Shown in pieces: positions 58,523 through 64,000 of a stretch of DNA of 64,000 nucleotides (within the stretch, counting starts at the first letter, position 1; every line of letters begins with the position of its first letter). Below the pieces are notes generated by a model. The model was given only the letters and a program-made list of their open reading frames with translations, did no database searches and was not told the DNA's origin. Position numbers and translations under genes: made by a program. This DNA comes from a virus, in IMG/VR virus record IMGVR_UViG_3300043438_002264, positions 1 to 64,000 of that record, one strand, 5' to 3'.

Positions 58523-59467
58523 TTATTTTAGCATATTGGCAATAGCATTGTCAAATGTGAAATCTAAAGATTTAATATCCTCATCTGACATATCACCAAT
58601 ATCCTTATATTTATTATTTAGTTGTATAACGGATACACGAGATCCAAGCTTTTCTAAAAGCCTTTTTTTCATGTTTCCGCCTGCTTCATCATTATCTGCA
58701 ATAACAATTACGTTATTGAAATATTTTTGAAGAAGTTCTATTTGCATTGCCGAAACATTTGCACCTAAGGTAGCAACTGCTGGAAATCCTATTTGGTCTA
58801 ATCTAATTGCGTCAAAAGATGATTCTACTACATAAACTTTGTCTGCAGTCTTAACACGATTTAGATTAAAAAGAGTTTTGCTTTTTGGTAATCCTGGGGT
58901 ATTTTTAAAGTCTTTACCCTCAACAGATCTTCCAACAAAGCCAAGCAGCATGCCGTCTGGAGAGTGTACTGGTATAGTGACCATATCTTGATTTTCAGAA
59001 AATCCTAGGCCAAATTTTAAAATAGACTCTTGGGTAATCCTTCTGCCATAGAAGTAGCTAGTTGCTCTTGGAGAGTCTACAGCTTGCTGGTGAAGTCTTT
59101 TAACTTGCAGCTCGTCATAAAGAACATAGTCTTGCTTTGTGTGAAGCTGCCTAACCATCTCCTGCTCAAGGTTGCTTTCTTGTTCTTTGCTTTTAATAAA
59201 ACGTACTGACTCAAAGTATGTTCTATTGGAAGTAAACATTACAAACTCAACAAGGTCAGATGTTTTTTGACAAGAAAAGCAATAAAAAATTCCTGTGCTT
59301 TTATTTATTTCTCCAGCTGGGCTGCGGTAGTTATTGTGAAAAGGACAGAAGATTATGAAGTCAGCGTCTAGTTCAGAATAAACATCTACACCTGATCCTG
59401 CAAGAACTCTTTGGACTTGCTCTTTTGTGTATAGATTACCTTTGTTCCGTCTAGTCCTATTATCCAC
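58523..59467 (-). CDS. dnaG: DNA primase (CHC2 zinc finger plus TOPRIM)
   Basis: CPFH...CFSC, VVESSFD, DNDEAG, KDIGD. Confidence 0.92.
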   Translation of the reverse strand: MDNRTRRNKGNLYTKEQVQRVLAGSGVDVYSELDADFIIFCPFHNNYRSPAGEINKSTGIFYCFSCQKTSDLVEFVMFTSNRTYFESVRFIKSKEQESNLEQEMVRQLHTKQDYVLYDELQVKRLHQQAVDSPRATSYFYGRRITQESILKFGLGFSENQDMVTIPVHSPDGMLLGFVGRSVEGKDFKNTPGLPKSKTLFNLNRVKTADKVYVVESSFDAIRLDQIGFPAVATLGANVSAMQIELLQKYFNNVIVIADNDEAGGNMKKRLLEKLGSRVSVIQLNNKYKDIGDMSDEDIKSLDFTFDNAIANMLK

Positions 59468-59712
59468 TCTGTCTTTTTCTTTCCTATGTATATTCCGTAT
59501 ATTGATAACTTAAATTCAAATATTTCTGCTTTTTCATTATACACTATTGTGAAGTCTGGGTCAATGTCAAATCTTGGAACATACCCCGAAATTCTCATTT
59601 CAGAAACTAATAGCCTTATGTATTCAGTTTTTAGTCTTAAAATTGCTGAATCATCATAGATGTTTCCATCAAGGATAAATCTTTTAATGGGTTTATGGTG
59701 AAATGTTTCCAT
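59386..59712 (-). CDS. hypothetical protein
   Basis: Leaderless; GYVPRFDIDPDFT. Confidence 0.75.
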   Translation of the reverse strand: METFHHKPIKRFILDGNIYDDSAILRLKTEYIRLLVSEMRISGYVPRFDIDPDFTIVYNEKAEIFEFKLSIYGIYIGKKKTEWIIGLDGTKVIYTQKSKSKEFLQDQV

Positions 59713-59724
59713 ACACCATTATAA

Positions 59725-60945
59725 CTACTTATCTTCATAATCCTTGTACTTGTACCAGCCTTTATCAAAGTCTGCCTGAACTAAGAAATCCCCCATAAAT
59801 CCGTTACGGTTCTTTCTAAATACGCATTCTAGGATATCACTGTTAGCAGCCCTACCCATTGCAAGCACCCAGTCAGCATCATAAGCTATCTGACGTGACC
59901 AAGCTGTTTGCCCCAAAGTAGGAACGGTATCTAGTTTTGTTACATCGTCTGGTGTAGCTGAAGAGATTGCCATAATAGGAACCTCTTCTCCAATTGCCAT
60001 AAGCTTTAGCTCACGAGATAAATTTTTCATTCTAACAGTTTCGTTGTCAGACTTTTGGTTTGGGCTCATGAGCTGTAGGTAGTCTACAATAACAAAGTCT
60101 GGCTTATACTGATCAATTTTTCCACGAAGAACGGATGGGGTAATTTCTCCGCCAGTATCATTAGAAATAATGTGAAACTCTGGCTTGCCCTCTACGTTAG
60201 CCTTGTGCCAACGCTTTAGGTCATCAATATCAATTTCGCCATTACTAATCTTTCTGTGGGACCAAAGACCTTCACCCATGATTGTAAAGACACGATTACG
60301 AACTTCTGTTTCAGACATCTCAAGGCTAATAACCATTGGAGACTTACCCTGTTTCCAAGCTTGAACTGCAAAGTATAAAGACAGCCAAGACTTACCAATA
60401 CCAGGATAGGCAAGAAATACTCCAAGCTGTCCTGGCATAATTCCAGATGGAAGATAGTTGTCAAAACCTGGCAATCCAGTTTTAATACCCAACATTCCTA
60501 AATCTTTTTGACGCTGAACATTCTCAAAATACGCAACTGCTGAATCAATATCTGTAACATCAATGTCTCTAATTACTGCAGTGTTCTTTTTAAGCTCTGA
60601 AGTTTTTGTAATTATGTTTTCTAATGCTTCTGAACCTTTGCCACCCTGGACATCAGAGGCCGTCGTCATTAAGATTTCTTTTAAGCTGTCGTTTAGATAC
60701 TGCCCCTGTAATTCTTCTAAGTGATGTTTTGTTGCACCTACATTATCTACAACAGAAAAATCTCTAAACTTTTCTACGACTAGGCTTGTAGGAGGAACTG
60801 TTCCATTAGCCTCAGCATATTTACGAATAAACTGCCAGACGTCGTTGTGTGTTCGCAAGATATTTTCTACGTTTGCTTGCAACAATACGTGAACCTGTTT
60901 GTCTTGCAACACTGCAGATATTAGTCTGGCCTCTGTGTTATTCAC
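59725..60945 (-). CDS. dnaB: DnaB-like replicative helicase
   Basis: AYPGIGKS, SLEM, IVDYLQLM, SRELK, IAYDAD, KNRNG. Confidence 0.95.
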   Translation of the reverse strand: MNNTEARLISAVLQDKQVHVLLQANVENILRTHNDVWQFIRKYAEANGTVPPTSLVVEKFRDFSVVDNVGATKHHLEELQGQYLNDSLKEILMTTASDVQGGKGSEALENIITKTSELKKNTAVIRDIDVTDIDSAVAYFENVQRQKDLGMLGIKTGLPGFDNYLPSGIMPGQLGVFLAYPGIGKSWLSLYFAVQAWKQGKSPMVISLEMSETEVRNRVFTIMGEGLWSHRKISNGEIDIDDLKRWHKANVEGKPEFHIISNDTGGEITPSVLRGKIDQYKPDFVIVDYLQLMSPNQKSDNETVRMKNLSRELKLMAIGEEVPIMAISSATPDDVTKLDTVPTLGQTAWSRQIAYDADWVLAMGRAANSDILECVFRKNRNGFMGDFLVQADFDKGWYKYKDYEDK

Positions 60946-61246
60946 TTAACCACTCTTTTGCTTTCTTTCGTCTTTCAGTTCGTTCTCTTAAATCTTGAAT
61001 AAGCTGTTCCCTAGAATTAATAATGTTGTCTGCGTAATTTGCAAAATACTTCCAGCTTGGATTTGGGCTAACATCAAAATAGTATTGTAGCATATCATAG
61101 CAAATGTCTAGGCCAAACGATTCAATGAGGGCATCAGCCGCCCACTGCTCTACATTTAAATTAACTATTGGCTTTTCTTGATACTTTATCTTATGAAGTT
61201 TACTGTATCTGCTTAGCAAAGCCATTCGGTCTTTGCGGTCTGCCAT
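60938..61246 (-). CDS. hypothetical protein (possible helicase loader/initiator partner)
   Basis: Immediately upstream of dnaB; function inferred only from position. Confidence 0.6.
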   Translation of the reverse strand: MADRKDRMALLSRYSKLHKIKYQEKPIVNLNVEQWAADALIESFGLDICYDMLQYYFDVSPNPSWKYFANYADNIINSREQLIQDLRERTERRKKAKEWLSE

Positions 61247-61455
61247 TATCTACTTTCGATTTCGGCAGAAGCCTCTTTAACCTTTTCTGCTAGCTTGTTT
61301 TCAACAAACTCATAAACTCGCTCGAAAGCCTCGTTTGTAGTTTCGGCTTCACGCTTATTGTCAGAAACCTCTAGATCGATTCTTAGTGACTGAAAGTTGC
61401 CAAGATTCAATGTGTATCCTAGTGCTACCTTGACTTTAGTGTTTTCGTTTTCCAT
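61246..61455 (-). CDS. conserved hypothetical protein (LGYTLNLGNFQSLRID)
   Basis: ORF track. Confidence 0.75.
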   Translation of the reverse strand: MENENTKVKVALGYTLNLGNFQSLRIDLEVSDNKREAETTNEAFERVYEFVENKLAEKVKEASAEIESR

Positions 61456-61470
61456 ACCCGTATCTTTCTA

Positions 61471-62013
61471 TTAAATAGATTCAGACCAAACTGGAATGAA
61501 TCGCCCATCTTCTGTTTTAGTATAAGTAAGTATACCATCTCCCATACGCCTTGTCAACTCTTGACGTGTTGGCGTAATATCGTTGGTTATCAGCTTATCC
61601 AATCTTGGTCTACCCATGTGGTAGGTAGCAAGTATATCACGAATTTCTCTTACCTGTGATTCTGAATAATATGATCTAACTTGCCATGCAGTTTCTCCAC
61701 CTTTTTGAGATCCTGTAGGAAGGGGAATTACCCCTCTTTTCATTAGACTAGGCATATACTTTTTATGACGATTAACCAAAGAGGCTGTTTCACCAACTGT
61801 ATAAGCTCTCTCTCTGTTCTTTTTAAAGTCTGAGATTAGGCAGCTTTCTATTTGATCTTTAATAATATTATAAACAGACATGATTCCGTTTGACTTATTC
61901 AAGTGATGAACTCTTACAAGGTGCCCGTTTAAAAACCAAACTTTTTTGTTTCCTGGAATTGCTGGGGCAGAATTATATTCTGACATATCCATTGGACCAT
62001 GTTTTTTGCCCAT
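61471..62013 (-). CDS. DNA-binding protein with MerR/Xis-like wHTH
   Basis: YTVGETA.LV.R......L...G.IP...RSYYSE. Confidence 0.6.
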   Translation of the reverse strand: MGKKHGPMDMSEYNSAPAIPGNKKVWFLNGHLVRVHHLNKSNGIMSVYNIIKDQIESCLISDFKKNRERAYTVGETASLVNRHKKYMPSLMKRGVIPLPTGSQKGGETAWQVRSYYSESQVREIRDILATYHMGRPRLDKLITNDITPTRQELTRRMGDGILTYTKTEDGRFIPVWSESI

Positions 62014-62017
62014 TATA

Positions 62018-62461
62018 TTAGTCTGGAATACCTATTGCAATGATGTGAACTTTAAGGGCCAAAGACCCTCCTGTATTAAAGCGAACAATGCCGTTAACAG
62101 ATGAGTTGGTAACGCTTTGAATAATAACTGACACGTTTTGGCCAGAAGAAGTTCCTTCAATTAAAACTGGAGTAATCGTTACAATTGGCGGGTACCTGTA
62201 TTCTCCCTTAAAAGAGTAAGAAAAAGACTGTGTGGTTTCGGCTGTCACATTTGTAAGGGTGGGATAGATTACTTTTTCTCCAGCGACTACCTTGGTGTCT
62301 GTAAGCAAGGTGCTTTCATTTCCACTTGTAGTATCAATAGATGCGTACTTATATCTTGCTGAAGATATTTGTGACGAAAGGTCATTAATTGCTTCTACAA
62401 TTTGATAAACATATGATACGTCTAGAGGCTGTCCTCTATCTGGAGTTGGTATTTTGGCCAT
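62018..62461 (-). CDS. virion/tail-associated protein
   Basis: F...Y..PP.VT.T...V..IAIG fibre-tip pattern. Confidence 0.6.
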   Translation of the reverse strand: MAKIPTPDRGQPLDVSYVYQIVEAINDLSSQISSARYKYASIDTTSGNESTLLTDTKVVAGEKVIYPTLTNVTAETTQSFSYSFKGEYRYPPIVTITPVLIEGTSSGQNVSVIIQSVTNSSVNGIVRFNTGGSLALKVHIIAIGIPD

Positions 62462-62503
62462 AGCTAATTATAACACAAACCTGGCAAAATAGCTATCTAC
62501 TTG

Positions 62504-62953
62504 CTATCTTGATGTTGCCTCTAGGCTGCAGATTGTCAAGACGTTGTTTACAACCTTTTCAATCCCAGCAAGTTGAATTTTTACACGGATATCCGTGTGA
62601 ACCTCTTGCTTTAAAAATGAGTATGTGTGTATTGGAGAAGACCCGTGATAGAAATATTCTTGCCAAGCAATTGTACTAGTTCCTGGATTATAGATACCAA
62701 AACTTACAAAAATATCATATAATGATTTAAGGTTTGTGTCTCCCCAGATCGCCGTCACACCAGAGGCACTATTTATTTGTAAGTCTCCAGAAACTTGCTC
62801 TATAAACGGTGTGGCATCTAATTTATAAACTGGGGACCAGTGAGAGGTTCTGTTTTTGTCTTCTGAAATAATTCTATATCTTAGCAAGTATTCACCATCA
62901 GGAGATAATGGTGGAAAATCTTTTTTTTCAATAGTTACTTTTTTAACTGACAA
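62504..62953 (-). CDS. virion structural protein
   Basis: Y..RYRIISED.NR.SHWSP; in structural module. Confidence 0.6.
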   Translation of the reverse strand: MSVKKVTIEKKDFPPLSPDGEYLLRYRIISEDKNRTSHWSPVYKLDATPFIEQVSGDLQINSASGVTAIWGDTNLKSLYDIFVSFGIYNPGTSTIAWQEYFYHGSSPIHTYSFLKQEVHTDIRVKIQLAGIEKVVNNVLTICSLEATSR

Positions 62954-64000
62954 CGTCTATCCCCAAGTCAACATCTAAAGCAAAACGAAATTCTACTAGG
63001 TTTGCAGTATTAGGAATTTTAACAATTGGCAAAGCATCTTGAGATTTTACTACAGAATATCCCGTTAATCCGTAAAGAGGATTGACAGATGTAGTGTTTT
63101 CTAGCCTCAAAGCATCTAAGGCAACGTAGTAATCGTCTGTTGGATTTCCTACAGAGTCTAATACTGATGCCCAAATTTTAACAACAGTCACAGAGTTCCA
63201 AGTAAAGGTTGAACTTTTAACTAAATCTTTTAGTGGTTTTGTGACTACGACATATCTATTATTCTCAAAGTCTTGTTGACCAGACCCAGTTCCGTTTTGA
63301 ATATCTACCTGAAGCTGAGCATAGTTTGTTGCAGAGTCGCTATCTGATGAAGCAAACTCCACCAAAACCTTTACTCTGCTTGGCTCTACACTATCATATG
63401 CATTTTTGTTAACTACAGAAAAAGCAAACCTTAACTCATCAGAAGCAGAATTTCTATTAAAATCAATACTTGCTCCAGTTAAATGTATATGATTTGAACC
63501 CACTGCTGGAACCATTCTTGAACCACTTAGAGACAAAGTTGATTCTCCGCCAGCCATTAAAATAATATTGTTTAAATACCTACAAGATTCATACCTTGTT
63601 ATCCTAGACTCATTAAGCAGTGTTCTGTTGTCTGCATTAGTTTGAAAAACTGGTGATGTCTGAATAATATCGTCTGGGTCTGCTTCTGTTCCTAGCGGCT
63701 GAGTAATTGTTGGAATTGTGACGGCAGCTGTATCAGTATGATATTCCCAATTTTCGGTTCTAGTAAAAGAGTAAATTGGTTTGCTGTCATAGGCTCCTGC
63801 AGTTGGATTTGATCCTGAAGAGTAAACTCCAATCTCAGTAATTTCATATCTTTCAATAGTTGGAAGCTCTGCAGTTAAAACAATTTTTGATATTCCATTT
63901 TCATTGACATACCCTCTTGAAGTAATGGGCACACGAAACATTTCAAAGTCTAGCTGCTTTTTATCTAATATATCTTGAATATCATTACCCGTAAAGGCAT
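62943..64000 (-). CDS. baseplate/tail structural protein, 5'-truncated
   Basis: LDFEMFRVPI...AELP..ERY.ITEIG...VEFRF; frame continues past the window edge. Confidence 0.65.
   Translation of the reverse strand, partial: AFTGNDIQDILDKKQLDFEMFRVPITSRGYVNENGISKIVLTAELPTIERYEITEIGVYSSGSNPTAGAYDSKPIYSFTRTENWEYHTDTAAVTIPTITQPLGTEADPDDIIQTSPVFQTNADNRTLLNESRITRYESCRYLNNIILMAGGESTLSLSGSRMVPAVGSNHIHLTGASIDFNRNSASDELRFAFSVVNKNAYDSVEPSRVKVLVEFASSDSDSATNYAQLQVDIQNGTGSGQQDFENNRYVVVTKPLKDLVKSSTFTWNSVTVVKIWASVLDSVGNPTDDYYVALDALRLENTTSVNPLYGLTGYSVVKSQDALPIVKIPNTANLVEFRFALDVDLGIDVVS

Overview
The window is a 64 kb, AT-rich segment of a large tailed dsDNA bacteriophage. The host is most likely a low-GC freshwater actinobacterium; this is an inference from WhiB, class Ib nrdHIEF, a short-variable-arm tRNA-Leu(UAA) and many leaderless genes. 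Layout: (1) 1-5.3 kb holds small + strand early genes with consensus promoters. (2) 5.3-6.4 kb is a mostly non-coding strand-switch region with repeated motifs and DnaA boxes. (3) 6.4-42 kb is a long accessory region with secreted hydrolases, many glycosyltransferases, 2OG-Fe(II) oxygenases, methyl- and carbamoyltransferases, Hsp20, WhiB, an M23 peptidase, an RsmI homologue and 5 tRNAs. (4) 42-64 kb holds core genes: RNR, terminase, RuvC, Cas4-like nuclease, RecA, DnaE, SSB, primase, DnaB and virion genes. Most notable observations: a fixed-spacing composite DNA element (GGCTAGCC ... TTACGA-N16-CCCRAA) at cassette junctions; a covarying H-type pseudoknot in three 3' UTRs; a DnaA-box cluster; a possible prolyl-hydroxylase plus GT60 hydroxyproline-glycosylation system with a Pro-rich exported candidate substrate that appears to start at AUU; and a ROSE-like thermometer on hsp20. 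All product calls come from motif recognition by eye, with no database searches.
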